A stretch of DNA of 64,000 bases from the human T2T-CHM13v2.0 reference genome, Homo sapiens (GCF_009914755.1 NC_060930.1); one strand, 5' to 3'; numbered from the stretch's first letter, positions 14,319-34,065 are shown. Numbers and translations: made by a program. The notes: a model not told the origin generated them from the sequence alone.

Positions 14319-16338
14319 GTGGGCCCCTCACCCGAGGGACTGGGACCTTGTTCTCCTGTGGTCATGGGCTGTTAACGCCTTACACCCCATGCAAAGAGAA
14401 TGTCTGCTAATGAAACGTGAGCCTGTGGGGGCTAGTGTGGAACATCCTTGAAGCTACGACATTTCCAGAATCCCATTGAAATGAACAGTTCTCTAAATGT
14501 ACTTTTTGACAGGTTTTTAATCATATTCCATGGGCAGTGGATAGCTGGGCGGTGGATAGATGAACCAGGCAAGGGGAAGTTGGCGCAGTCCTCCTGGGAG
14601 TGAGGGTTTCCTCTTCACAGTTACCGAGTATTCATCGAGTGCCTTCATGTAATATTGAGACAACTTGAAAATAATAACAAGATACAGTCCCTACCCTCCC
14701 AGAGTGGATGATAAAATTGAAATCAAACCTTCAGCCTCCTACCCCTCCCTAGTCTACTGTTAACTGCTTTTTACCTGATTGCTAATGACAATGTTTTGCT
14801 CATCCATAAAGATGTTGGTATGAGTCACCCTTTTCTTCTAAAAACCTTTCCCTGCAGTGATTTTCATTGCTCAGTTAATGTATTCAAGATGCTCCCTGCA
14901 CATCTCTCTGGGATCCTAGATTGTAAGCTTCAGAGGGAAGGGACTTTGTTCTTTTTTTGTGCCACTTGGTACTAGGCTAGTGTCCGTGCACCCATCAGTC
15001 ACTGCCAGCTCAGTCTGCCACCTCCCTCTGAAACTTTGCCCATCACCTATGGCAGAACGAACAGCACGCTTAGTCATTGTGCTCCAGACGCTGCCCCGCT
15101 GAATCCTGTGGGCCTGGGGGGAGAGAACTGAGTCATCTTTGTGCCCTCAGTGGATTTGGATTTGTTTTCATTAGTTCATGCTTCCTCTCGCCACTTCCTC
15201 GCTCCAGTTTACTCTCCTGCCCATTAGTCTGGTCCCTGCCTCTCATTACGACCTGGAGCTAGCATGACCTGTGGCCTGACCAGTCACCCCAAGTCACAGT
15301 GTGGTGGGCTTGCTCACTCTCAACTTGTACTCAGCGCTGTACACAGGTGCCCCACCTCTGCCTGCCAGCCTTCATTTGTTCAGCATCGGCAGTGACACTC
15401 TACTACCCCTGCAAAACAGCAATACCACTTGTCAATATTAGATATTAGTCCGTTTTTTCTGTCTTTTGACTCGTGACAAGCTAGTACCAGGAACAAAGAA
15501 AGCAACTAGCAGAATTGGGGCTGGTAGGGAGGCAGACTGAAAGGAGGGAGAGGACAGATTCAGGAGGAAGGAAGGCACAGTGGGAAAAGCAGGAGAGAGA
15601 GAAGCGCATGTTCACGTGGGAGGGAAACATGGTTTCAGGGAAAAGGAGAAGGGCCACCAATGGTTAGAGATGACTGGGGTGGGGGCCGTGGGACAGGCCC
15701 TGAGCCCAGGTTTGCAGCAGATGTTCTCACTGATGTCAGTACCTCTAAGGTTACTCCCCTGGGTACAATTTTATAAAATCTGTATTGAGATTAAATGTTG
15801 GCGATAACTTAGGTGAAGAGCTTATTTCCTCATGTGTGCATAAATTCTTCACTGAAGAAGACGGACCGGAGGCTGTGCTGTGGAGTACCCAAGGACTGGG
15901 CTTGCTTGAATCTGACCCGACTACGCCAAATGCCTGCTCTTCCTTCCGGTTCATGTTTATCAGCTCGTATCAAACACAGACCCACTCATTTGCGCACAAT
16001 CCTTTCAGGGAATAAGATGTTGTATTTTTATAATTAAAAGAATTAAAAGCTATAAAACAAAGCACATTGACAGATATTTAGTCAGTGCCTACCTTGTGTG
16101 GGGTACTTGAGTCTCCTGCTATTATTAAGTAATACCAGGTCATCTCTGCTTTTAAGGAGTTTCTAAACCCTTTTGGGTGATAAGACAATGTAAGCACTTG
16201 AAAAGTTTAATTAAAAAGTCAAGATTTAAATACCTGATGACAAAAATAGAGGATATGTCACAAGGCACAATATAACTAATTGCACCTGAATGGCATATAT
16301 AAACTATTTCAGAGGTGGAAAAGAGTCCCTGACATTGA

Positions 16339-16640
<302 letters not shown>

Positions 16641-16689
16641 CCCAAATTTCTTATCATTAAAAGCTGATTAACTCATTGAGGCCGCCATA

Positions 16690-16877
16690 TCATTGTTTCT
16701 CAAAATGTGTTCCATGCACCACCACCCCCATGCAAATCACCTGGGATGCTTATTTAAATACACGTTCCTAGGCTTACCCTTAGATTACGATTCATTAGGG
16801 CTGGGGTGGGGCCTACAAACATGCGACTTAATGGGTTTCCCAGGTGGTTTTTATGCACTAAAGTTTGTGATCCACTG
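16690..16877. mobile_element. MER5-like hAT-Charlie fossil
   Basis: cattgtttctcaaa...aagtttgtgatccactg termini. Confidence 0.6.
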
Positions 16878-16952
16878 TCAAGTGACTTGGCAGATATGTT
16901 CCTCAAAATCACCAGTGTGTATTTTTATACCAGATACCATGAGTCCCAGTAG

Positions 16953-17477
16953 TTTTTTTTTTTTTCAGACAGGGTCTCACGGTGTCTCCCAGGCTGGAGT
17001 GCAGTAGTACAATCATGGCTCATTGCAGCCTTGAACTCCTAGGCTCAAGCAACCCTCCCACTTCAGCCTCCAAGTAGCTAGGATCGCAGGTGTGCACCAC
17101 CACACCTGGCTAATTTTTTAATTTTTTTTTTATTTTTGTGGAGGTGGGGGCTCCATGTGTTGCCCAGGCTGGTCTCACCTCCTGGATTCAAGATCCTCCA
17201 GCACTGGCCTCCCATAGTGCTGGGATCATAGGTGTGAGCCACCATGCCCAGCTGCTTCCCTCCACCACCCCCACCCATTGTTTTTTAAAAGGAGGCAGGG
17301 TCTTACTCTGTCACCCAGACTGGAGTGCAGTGGTATGATCATAGTGCACTTTTTTTTTTTGTAGAGACAGGGTCTCACCGTGTTTCCCAGGCTGGTCTTA
17401 AACTTCTGATCTCAAGAAATCCTCCTGCCTCGGTCGCCAAAGTGCTGGGATTTACAGACATGCTATTGCACCTGGCC
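16953..17477 (-). mobile_element. AluJ plus internally deleted Alu fragments
   Basis: Alu body at 16953-17252 and a partial Alu at 17280-17477. Confidence 0.82.
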
Positions 17478-17511
17478 CACACATTTTCTAAAGGAATCTT
17501 TAGCCAGAGCT

Positions 17512-19791
<2,280 letters not shown>

Positions 19792-19832
19792 TGTATATTT
19801 AAAAGCCATTAAAACCGTTTTTAAAGATTTTA

Positions 19833-20482
<650 letters not shown>

Positions 20483-22616
20483 CCCACAAAGCCTTCAACC
20501 CAGAAGAAATTAGCAGATTCTTGAAAACTGACAGAATTGAGATGTAAAGCCCCAGACATTGTAGTTAAGCCATAGGTTCTCAAAGACCAGTCCCAGCTTA
20601 CATTTTTCTACGACTTAGATGTTTTTCCAGAACAGCCATGATAAATTGATGACACAGAATCTCTAGAAGTATGAAGTAGACCCAGCCACCACCTCAGCCT
20701 CTGCAAATGTGGAGCTTATGTCATGCACTGAATTGCTAGTCGTGCTGATGACAGACGTCAGAGTGGCAGGCAGTGCCTGCACGTGTGGAATTGTAACACT
20801 GAACAAGCAGGGCTGAGGACATGTTTTCAGAAAGCCATTTTCTTTGTCTCATGCCACCCCTTAAATCGTCATTTATTCTTTCAGAAAGTATTTATCAAGT
20901 CTCAGGTATTGTTCTAGTCTCTGGGGTTAAAGCAGGAGGCAGGACAGATTACTTTCCTTCCCTTGTGGAGTTTGCAGTAGTTGGGGAGACAGACAATAAA
21001 ATAGTAGTTATGGCCAAATGCAGTTGCTCAGCTCTTCTAATCCCAGCACTTTGGGAGGCTGAGGCAGGAGGATCACTTGAGTCCGGGGGTTTAAGACAAG
21101 CCTGGGCAACATAGTGAGACCCTATCTCTATAAAAAAGAAAATAGTAGTTTTGAGTGAAGGGATAGAGGAAATGGTCTGGGACATGGTATTTGAGGGTTC
21201 CTGGCATTGATGAGTGAGTCAGGAGCTGAGTGGGCAGTGTCTTACTGGGTTTCCTCAAGTCGAATCACACACACAGGCACATTCTGTAGGCTTGCATGCA
21301 TGCTTGAGTCATAGCTGAGATTCCTTTGATCCAGTGATTCCTAAATTAAGTCATATAAAACACTGCTCAGGACTTGTGCATTAAGCCTTTTTATTTGCTT
21401 AAACACAAATACCACTGTGGCTTCACTGTGGCTTTCGCTGGGTCCAGGCGTCGAGCCTCCTGATTCAGTGAGTGCTTTAAAAAGGGGGTGATGTGGGCGA
21501 CACAACCTGGGGCCAGCCTCCTTTCCAAGGAGCTTGCCAAGCTTTTCTGCCTCAGAGGGGCCCCTGTTCACAGATGCCACCTCCAAATGCTCAGAAACTT
21601 CTAGATTGGTTTGGATTAAGAAACTCATCCTTTAAAATATAAACAACCTTTTTGGATGGTAAGATCACTCACATTATGAATTATTTCATTGTGATTGAAT
21701 GATACAGCTTTTATTTATTACCTGGCAAGGCACTTGGAGCCTTGAGGCAATGAGATTTTCATCAGAAAAACAAAGTAATCTGGAAGAATGGGGTCCTCAC
21801 ATTGAGGACAGACCTGGGGCAGTGGAGGGGGGTGTGTGGGGGATTTGGGTGGTGAGGGGATGTGATAGCACAGGTGGGGATGGGCAGCAAGGGAGAGGAA
21901 TTCCAACGAAGAGGAACTTTGCCCCACAGTTTTGCCATCATCCCACTCTGCACATCATCTCACCGTCTGCCTGAAGGCCCCATGCGGAGTACCCCCAGAA
22001 GAACCCAGAGCCATCCTGGGAGTTCCCACCGCACAGGTTTCCTAGCCTTTGCTCCACGCAGGCAAGCAGCTTTACCAGGCGGGAGAGCCAGGCCCCCGCC
22101 GCAAGACCTGTGGCAATTCCAGGGGACTTTCTGACTTTCCAGACCTAAGTGGAGGGGACCTGACTCTGTCAGGACTGTAGTTCAAGCAGGCTTGGCATCC
22201 GCAAGGGCCTTCTCAGGTCAGAAGCAGGTTCTCAGGGGAATCAGTGAGCCCGCAAGACCCTCAGCCCAGGTTCTGTGGCTGCCTGAAAGTCCGCATGAAC
22301 CCAGGTGGGCACCTGTGTGTTGTGAGACAACAGCACAGCCATTTTGTTTTCAGCTTTTGGCAAATGGTGTCTATTTCGTACATTCCTAGAAACATTAAAA
22401 TACCATGCCCATTTTGACAACAGTAGAAGTAATTGCCTCCTTCTGCTTAGAAAATGTAAAAGAGAAAAACAATGCCAAGCTTCTTTTTGGTTTCAACCTC
22501 TAGGTCTAAAATGATGGCCTGTGGAGTCCGTCTGTCTTTTAGTTTATAGTAATGATCATTGGTAGGGGCTAATTGATATAACTTCCCTTGAAATCTGCTG
22601 GTTGGTGTTTTACCAG

Positions 22617-22761
22617 ATGAAATCTATGGGAACAGCTTGATTTCTACTGTGATCGACAGCTGCAACTGCTCAGACTCCAGTGACATTGAGCTGAGTGATG
22701 ACTGGGCTGCCAAGAAATCTCCCAAAATCTCCAGAGCTAGCAAATCACCCAAACTCCCAAG
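22617..22761 (+). CDS. TULP4: TULP4 coding exon (probably exon 9)
   Basis: ttttaccag|AT acceptor, CCAAG|gtaatc donor; 145 nt, phase 1-2. Encodes DEIYGNSLISTVIDSCNCSDSSDIELSDDWAAKKSPKISRASKSPKLP(R). Not in the ORF track; found by splice-phase continuity. Confidence 0.92.
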
Positions 22762-23145
22762 GTAATCTCAGTCTTTGGGGAGATCGTCCTTTCTTGTGCC
22801 TCTGAATATGTGTGTTTGTGCCTGCAACAGAATCGCATTGAAACTGACCAGAAGAGTCAAAGAGCAACCTCCCTGCCTTTTCTTCCAGAAGATTCCAGCT
22901 GGAATAATTACAACTTCTATTTGTTTTGTTTTGTTTCCTTCGGGATAGACAAAGATACCCAGTAGAAGTTTGCTACACCCTCAGAACTTCTCTAGGGGTT
23001 AGCAGTGATGGTGGGTGGCAGAGGGGTGGCCATAGTTCCCGGGCTTATATGTTTTTTCTTATAGTTTGAGAAAAGGAAGAAAAAGGTTCCCCTGTGGATG
23101 TAACATGTTGAAGAGAATGCCAGATAAGATGCCTGTAATGCTGGA

Positions 23146-23445
23146 GCCGGGCACAGTGGCTCACGCCTGTAATCCCATCACTTTGGGCGGCCGAGGCGGG
23201 TGGATCACGAAGTCAAGAGATCTGGACCATCCTGGTCAACATGGTGAAACCCCGTCCCTACTAAAAATACAAAAATTAGCCAGGCGTGGTGGCGGGTGCC
23301 TGTAGTCCCAGCTACTCAGGAGGCTGAGGCAGGAGAATCACTTGAATCCGGGAAGTGGAGGTTGCAGAGCCGAGATTGTGCCACTGCACTTCAGCCTGGC
23401 AATAGAGCAAGACTGCACCTCAAATAAATAAATAAATAATAAATA
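23146..23445 (+). mobile_element. AluS with (TAAA)n tail
   Basis: Full Alu; TSD-like atgcctgtaatgc on both sides. Confidence 0.9.
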
Positions 23446-23519
23446 AATGCCTGTAATGCCGTAATTGGGAAACATCAACACATCGCATCCACTGTAGAAC
23501 CTTTTTCTTCACTAAGATT

Positions 23520-25400
<1,881 letters not shown>

Positions 25401-26549
25401 AATCTGATTGATGTCTTTTTTCATCTTTGTTCCAGAGCTTGTTAAAATTGCATGTAACATTATGAACTTTCCTATATTTCCAAAGTGCTTTTTTCCCATT
25501 ATGTAAGCAGAGAGGACATCTAATGCATGCAGCTAAATCCTTCACCTTTAAACGTCCTCTTCAGGTTGCCGTCTTCCTGTGGCTGGACCTCCTCCTGTTG
25601 TCCTTTCCCCATTTGGACCCTCCACACAGCAGCCAGGCTAATTGTCCCACATCATAGCTTTAGGGAGCTCAATCTGCCATCCTCCCACTCCTCAGGAGCC
25701 CAGAGTTTCTCATCAAGCTCAAAACCAGTATATATGAGACTTAATGCATTTTTTCATAGACTGTTTTAAACCTTACCATACTCATTTTAATCACACTGTC
25801 TTTGGGGTAGACTGTCATTAAACATGTGTGTCTCCATGTTACAAATAAAGGGACTGAGAAGCAGAGATACAACATGGGATCAAAAGGCAGCCAAAAAACT
25901 TTACTAATTTGATTTAAATATTGCAGATGGTGAAATGCTAGATAAATTTGTTGAAATTCACACTGTTGCAGAAGAAATTATAAGAATCACTGGCATTAGG
26001 GTAAGAAATGACTTGTTCCACCTGCCATTTTCCCAGGACTGATTGTGCAGGCCCCTGGCAGAAGGCCATTTCCACGCTTGCTCCAAGGCAACAGAGAGTG
26101 AAAGACAGTTAATTCTTTGAGTTCCTTACAAATGGATCGCTGGATCTCATTTCAGTGTATACTAAGTATATTTTGAGATGGGGTCTTGCTCTGTCATCCA
26201 GGCTCAAGTGGAGTTGTGTAATCGTAGCTCATTGCAGCCTTGAACTCCTGGGCTCAAGCGATCCTCCTGCCTCAGCCTCCCAAGCAGCTGGGACTGCAGG
26301 TGTGTGCCACCACACCCAGTTTCTCAATATATTTTAAAATGTATATTATTCAATGTAAAGTTGTCATTCTTTCCTCATATTCATAAAGCAAAAGCAAGGG
26401 GAGAGCTTTGTTAAATTCGGGCACTGGCTGCAGGGTGAGAACCCAACACCCAGGCTGGCTGTCCAGAAAAAGAAAGGACTGCTGGAGTCAGGGCCATGCT
26501 CACCATTCCCGCCACGGATGCCTGACCCCTCCTGGCCTTGCCTCCCCAG

Positions 26550-26694
26550 GATCAGCATTGAGGCCCGCAAGTCACCCAAGCTGCCCCGGGCTGCTCAGGA
26601 GCTCTCCCGGTCCCCACGGTTGCCCCTGCGCAAGCCCTCTGTGGGCTCGCCCAGCCTGACTCGGAGAGAGTTTCCTTTTGAAGACATCACTCAG
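26550..26694 (+). CDS. TULP4: TULP4 coding exon (probably exon 10)
   Basis: ctccccag|G acceptor, CAG|gtagga donor; 145 nt, phase 2-0. Encodes (R)ISIEARKSPKLPRAAQELSRSPRLPLRKPSVGSPSLTRREFPFEDITQ. Confidence 0.93.
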
Positions 26695-27729
26695 GTAGGA
26701 GCCCCCAGTTACCCTGCCTTGCTCCCCTCCTCCTGGGGGCTATGCCCAGAGGGCCCCTTCCTACCCGCCGCCTGCACTGCTCACTGCCACCATGGGTCCC
26801 TGAGCTCTGCTCCACATCCTGCACACCACCTACTACCTCAGGAGTAGCCCTCAGGTGGAGCTCTGGCTTCTCCACCTGTGCCCCTCAGCCAGTTCTGATC
26901 TTGCAGTGACGGTGGGAGAGAACCTCCCACTTCCCATCACAGCTCCCACCGTCCAGCCCTGCCTGCCTTTCCCTCCTGGTCCCTCAGTGCCCCCTCACCC
27001 TCCGGGTGCTGCAGCCACACCTGGTTCTCACCTGTCCCATGCCTTGCCCTGCCTAGATTGTCACCACCCCACCTCCTCCTCGTTTCTGCCCCATGCTTCC
27101 AGATGGAACTCCACCACCACCTCTGCTGTGACGGCCTCCTACCCTGGTTTGCCGGGAGAGGCTGACACACCTGGTGTAGAGCTACCTTATGACATTGCTC
27201 AGTGACTTCTTTATATACAGATCATTACAAGCTTTATCTCCTCCATCAGGTTTAAGCTCCTTAAGGGGCTGTATTTTGTCCATCTTTATTTTTGCCCTTG
27301 CATACATACCTTAGGCAAAATAATTTCTTAAATTTTTAAAAATTTAATTGAATGAGAAAACAAATGATGGGTAGTTTCAGGACATACTGGTACCAATGCA
27401 ACCGATGTTTTCAGGCGAAATATCAAAGATAAAAATGGATTCAGAGTTAGATCCCTTTCTACGCCTCTTTAAATCACACACCTGTGGACATACATACTGG
27501 GACACACCCCCACCTTTCCCCCAGCTCGATGCGCCCCCACTCACTGCTGCGTGCCTGGCTGCCCTCGTTAGCCTCTGATCTTGCAAATGGTAGATGAGGT
27601 AGGGAATGGGTGTTTCTTGCAGTGCACACTCGTGGCTTAAGTAATAAATATTAACATTCTTACTGAGTGACCAGTTGAAAATACGGAAATAGATTGTGAT
27701 TCTTCTTTTTTCTTTTCTTCCTACCGCAG

Positions 27730-27823
27730 CACAACTATCTTGCTCAGGTCACGTCTAATATCTGGGGAACCAAATTTAAGATTGTGGGCTTGGCTGCTTT
27801 CCTGCCAACCAACCTCGGTGCAG
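27730..27823 (+). CDS. TULP4: TULP4 coding exon (probably exon 11)
   Basis: Long pyrimidine tract with ccgcag|CAC acceptor, GCAG|gtaaaa donor; 94 nt, phase 0-1. Encodes HNYLAQVTSNIWGTKFKIVGLAAFLPTNLGA. Confidence 0.93.
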
Positions 27824-28024
27824 GTAAAAATCATGTCCTCTTCTCTCATTGTCCCAGTTGGAACAAACTAAAACGTCCAGTTTCCACCTTTAGTGGCTTA
27901 AACTAGGAGATGAACTTTTAAGACAGCAAAAGATTAGCATGTATTTTACCTCTAAACCTTAACTTCACCACAGTGATTTCACAAAAATTAGAATTCTCAC
28001 TCACATTGGCTTTTTGCCAGTGGC

Positions 28025-28833
<809 letters not shown>

Positions 28834-29824
28834 GATTAGCTGACTATTGGTACAATTCTTGGTGGTAAATTTTTCTGAATTTCATTTCTCAGTACTAGAT
28901 AAATACCCTGTCCATGACAAGTTTGAAACAGAGGAAAACTGAGCCAAGGGAGTAAAAGCCAGGCCAGAACATGAACATGTATTCGGATCTGCCCTCCTGC
29001 CCAAATGAGTTGCAATACCTTGTTATATTTACCCCAGAGACAGTAATGACGTGAAAATGGCAGAAGGTCCATTCCAGAGCAACTTCCTTCTGTTGGGGAG
29101 GTCCCTATGTGAGTTGAGGAGCTGTGTTGCTCCCCGCATCTTTCCCAGTTGCAGAATCACTGCATGTCGTACACGTCTGTCTGCAAGGCCAGCTCAGCCA
29201 GGGGGGCCGTGGCCCTCCATTTTGAGCATGCTGTGCGTAACCTACTAAAACTGGTTTTTGAAAAATTCTGAATCTGTGTATGAGTTGTATGAAGCAGTTC
29301 ATACACAGATCCTTTAAAATAAATTATTCTTACAGATTAGATGTTAGAAAGACCTATTGCTATGAGGCATTTCACAGATTTTTTAAATAGTGCTGCATTT
29401 GAGTTTTTCATTTTGAAGTTTCTGAGCTCAAAGAAAAAGAGGAATAAAATTTAAACATGAAACTGACTTAGGGAATCACAATGGACCATCCCTGTACATA
29501 ATGCAAATAAATCTCTCATAATATTTTCAGCAACCTGGAAACACTCTGATGACCACAAATGCTTGTTGTTCAGTTACTCGTTAGTGCCCTATTGATTAGA
29601 TAAGGCTGATTTTTAATAACTACTGTTTAGCTATCATGATTATTCCCACATCAGTAAGCTGAGAACTTAGCCATCTGCCTATGGTAAATATTGAAAAAGG
29701 GAATGGAAGTGAGAATTTACTAAATGGGTCTTTTCATTCTTGGATGTTGAGAAGGTCCACAGATAAGCCAGTAAAGATCTTACAATGAGAGAGCATGTGA
29801 GAGCCTTTGAGACAAATGCTGGCC

Positions 29825-30130
29825 TTTTTTGGGGGGTGCAGGGAGATAGGGCCTGGCTCTGTCACCCATGCTAGAGTGCAGTGGCGCCACCACAGCTCAC
29901 TGCAGCCTCAAGCTCCTGCGCTCGAGTGATTCTCCCACCTCAGCCTGTACTAGCTAGGACTGTAGACAAGGCACATGCCACCATGCCCAGCTAATTTTTT
30001 AAAATTTTTGGTTGAGATAGGACTTCACTATTTTGTCCAGGCTGGTCTTAAACTCCTGGCTTCAAGCCATACCCCCATCTTGGCCTCTCAAAGTGCTGGA
30101 ATTACAGGTGCGAGCTACCATGCTCATCCT
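29825..30130 (-). mobile_element. AluJ
   Basis: Diverged Alu body. Confidence 0.8.
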
Positions 30131-31645
30131 GATCTTTTTAAAAATAGTATTTTGATCCATAGAGCTACTTTGTCAAGGTAAAAGAATTTTCCACTTGATT
30201 CTATTAATACTAGAGAACAGAAATTAACTATTGAATACTAGAAGGTATGTTATATGTGGTACCCCATTAAATAATCTTTTCAAAGACAGTATATGGCACT
30301 CTAGTGAACTTAAAAAGTGAGTGCTGTTCCCCAGGTTGGATAATTTGTTTTCTTTAATTAGAATGATCTGGCCCATGAAATTTTTTTATTTTGAATTTTT
30401 GGCATTTTAACAATACACAGTAGATTCTACAAAATTCAAAGCATTCAGAGGGGTCTATAGTAAAAATCTCTGTCATTCTCACCATCAGCCACCTACTTTT
30501 CTTTCCTGGAGGTAACTGATGGTATTTTTCTAATCCCTCCTAGAATTTTTTTTAAAATTGCTTTGTCAATGTGAACAACAAAGAATAACACTTTAATACA
30601 TTCATTCTTAAGTCATATGGAACCACACAGTATTTTTAAACCAAAATTCATATTATCTTTCCTTTGTGGACAAGAGAGAGAAACACATGCCTAGGGCCTT
30701 TCCTGCTATTGGGCAGGAGAAGTTACCTTAACCCATACCAGTCCATGGGCCAGCCCCGCAAAGATGCTTCGACAAAGGAGGCCTGCTGTGCCGCAGTCAT
30801 GCTGCAGGTCAGCCGCTAAGTGTTAAGGTGACCGCCATGGAGCTAGAATAAAGAAGCTTTGTGCTACCTGTCTCACAGGAGAGACTATTGAACACAAAAG
30901 CAAGTTCACAGGGCAGTTTCACCCCGACTTTAACTACTGTGAAACTTAAATTCAGATTCATTATATTTAAACTTATTTTGTCTCCTCTAAATATTTTAGT
31001 TGCAATCTAGGCCTTCTCCTACATGTCCCTGTTAATCAAATTAAATCTTGAGGTTTTAAAAAAACAACTGTGTGGAAATTCCCTATAAATCTCTATCCTG
31101 ATGGTTAGATTAAAATTGAAAGCCAGTAAACCAAGGTTCCAGCCGAAATGAAGGCTATGTTTTATTCCTACATGAAACCATGCCACCCCCATCTCAACAT
31201 TGCTTTCACACAGTTTCTTGGTTGCCCAAGCTTCCCTTGTTTGGCAGTCTGGTTGTCACAACTATTTCCATTCAATCATCCTTCTGACTGCAAATGAGGT
31301 TTTTAAAAAATATGTTTTTATACCCTAGCTTATTCCAAAAGAAATGATTTGTGTCTAAAATGTTTTTAACATTTGAAATTTGTAGTTCTGTAGACAAACC
31401 ATTGGCAAGGAGGCCAAGCTAGACCGGGAATCTGCTGTTACTGAATCCAGAACTGTGGCTAGTATGGTCGCATTGAGTACTAGGGAGAAATGAAGAGCTC
31501 CTCTCAGCCTCTGGGCCCTGCCTACACAGATCTGTCTTCTGATGGCAGGGAAACTGCAGTGCGCTCTTCTTCCTGTGACTCTCTTGACACTTTGGCTCTG
31601 CTCTGGTGTGTCTCTGTTAACTGTGCCCTTCTTTTTCCCCACCAG

Positions 31646-31789
31646 TAATCTATAAAACCAGCCTCCTGCATCTCCAGCCGCGGCAGATGACCATTTATCT
31701 CCCAGAAGTTCGGAAAATTTCCATGGACTATATTAATTTACCTGTCTTCAACCCAAATGTTTTCAGTGAAGATGAAGATGATTTACCAG
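31646..31789 (+). CDS. TULP4: TULP4 coding exon (probably exon 12)
   Basis: ccccaccag|TA acceptor, CCAG|gtgtgt donor; 144 nt, phase 1-1. Encodes VIYKTSLLHLQPRQMTIYLPEVRKISMDYINLPVFNPNVFSEDEDDLP. Confidence 0.93.
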
Positions 31790-33760
31790 GTGTGTTCACA
31801 TACATCAACGTGTTTGTCACGGTCCCTCTGTCAGTAGATCATGCAAGGGGGACAGAGCGGCAAGTTGTTGAGGATTTCAGTCTGCTACCTGGGTTTGGAA
31901 AAGGTATCCCTGCCTCAGTAAGGTTGGTAGATGTGATGTTGTGTCCCAGGGGAAAAGTCACAGGTTGGCACCAGTGTTGGCAGGAGGGGAGCTGCTGGAG
32001 CACAGATGGTTCCAGTAGCAGCGGCGCCTTGTGTTTTCGGAGCACAGTTCTAACATCTGGCTTTATCCTCACAGCTATCCTCTTAGTCTTGTGTCTGGAT
32101 TCAGATAAGTTTGCAGGACTGATTGGGACTAAATAAAATCAGAACTGAGACTCAATCTCATTGATCTAGGCCAGCTTTCATCCTTTCAGTCCCTGCTGAG
32201 ATAGTGTCTCACTCCAGCATTCCCGTGGTGCGCACAGAGCCCAGTTTCTCAAATCTGCCGTGTCCAGGACGCAAAAGCCTTTACCTGGAACTACCTCTCT
32301 TCCACCGCAACCGCATGTCTCAGTGCACAGGGGCCTGGTCTGAGTTCAAGATAAAATCTGGTAAACAGTTTTTAAATTCCAGTTTTCAAATGGTAAATAT
32401 CAATATCCATAGCATCTTAAGTTAATGTGTTTCCCAGTGGGGGGATTCTTAAAGGATCCTATTTTGATTAATAGATTACAATGACTTCCAATTAGTCTGG
32501 CCAGTTAGTTGTGTGTAACTATTTCACTAGAGGGTACTTGAAAATAACTTGCTTTTCTAAGTAAAAGGCCACCTGAGATTTTATAGATACACAGACTCCT
32601 CTACTTCCAACTAAGTGGGCTCTGGAAGTCTCTTGTTTCTGAGCTAGAGGAACCCAGACATGGACCGTGACTTCTCCAGTATCTGGATGTCTGTGACCAG
32701 AGGGACTGGTTCTTGCAGTGGACATAGAGGGCCACCCATTTCAGCTTGGGCCCTCCTCCTCAGCTTGGCTCTGAACTTGAGAGAGTTGTTTACCTTCTCT
32801 CAGCCCAGTCTTTTTAACTGAAAAAAGAAAAAAAAATGATTTATACTGCACTTTCCAACAATAGCCATCTTGCTTCTCTGTTGGTGACCTCTCCTGCATG
32901 GGTGAGCAAATCTCCTAGGCTTATGTGGTCCTAATAGGCCAAGCTTACAGCCACATAAATACCTGTAGTTTGGTGAAGCCTCCCATACCTGAGCTTTCTA
33001 GTGCATCCCCTTCTACTTCAGAATCTTGGAATTAGAAGTATCTTTTAAACTTTCCCCTTAACGCTTTCCCTGTTCTCCCAAAATGCGAGGAATACAGCCC
33101 TCTCCAAGGTTCAGCTGTTGCTGCAGTTGTCGTTATTGTCTGTGGTTCTCAATGAGAGGAGGGAACATATTGTCTCAGGGATTACATTTAATGATGGTGA
33201 CTCAGTGAAGAGGCTCTTCTTCCTTAAAGGGGAAGATGCCTGCCATCAGTGTTTCATACAGACGAGAGAGCTTCTCCAAGAGGGATCTGAACAGGAATCA
33301 TAGGAAACCTGAGACAGACCCAAATTTGTGTGGCCAGGGGAGAGTTATGTCTTACTAGGACACCCCAAGGAAGGGCCAGCTTAGCTTTTGATAAACTAGC
33401 TGGCTTGATTCTGTAGTTCTTTTGATGAGAAGTCAGCCAGTGTCACATTTCCTAATCATGGACTAGCTGCCACACGGTACTTACACCATGCCTCAGATTT
33501 CTGGATCAGTGGCAGTTTTCTCTAAGGGAAAAGCCACAGGGTAGCACAGTGGGCCTAGAGGAGCCAACTGCAGAGTGCTCAGTGGGCACTTTAAACAGGG
33601 TGGTGCAGACAGTGGCTCTGAGCACCTGTCTGTAGATCGCTGTTCAAATGCACGCACGCTCTGTTAAACTCTCACTGTGTACAAATAGGATATATTTATA
33701 GGGTTTAATTCAGCATGGCTCTACCTTACATACTGTTTGAAATGCTAAAAAGCAGATAAA

Positions 33761-34065
33761 GGCCAGGCAGGGTGGCTCACACCTGTAATCCCAGCCCTTT
33801 GGGAGGCGAGGTGGGTGGATCACCTGAGGTCAGGAGTTGGGGACCAGCCTGGCCAACATGGCAAAACCCCATATCTACTAAAAATACATAGCTGGGTGTG
33901 GTGGCGCTCGCCTGCAGTCCCAGCTACTGGGGAGGCTGAGGCAGGAGAATCACTTGAACGCAGGAGAATCACTTGAACCCAGGAGGTGGAGGTTGCAGTG
34001 AGCTGAACTCCTGCTACTGCACGCCTGGGCAACAGAGCAAGACTCTGTCTTAAAAAAAAAAAAAT
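33761..34065 (+). mobile_element. AluS with an internal ~19-nt tandem duplication
   Basis: gcaggagaatcacttgaac is repeated twice. Confidence 0.88.
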
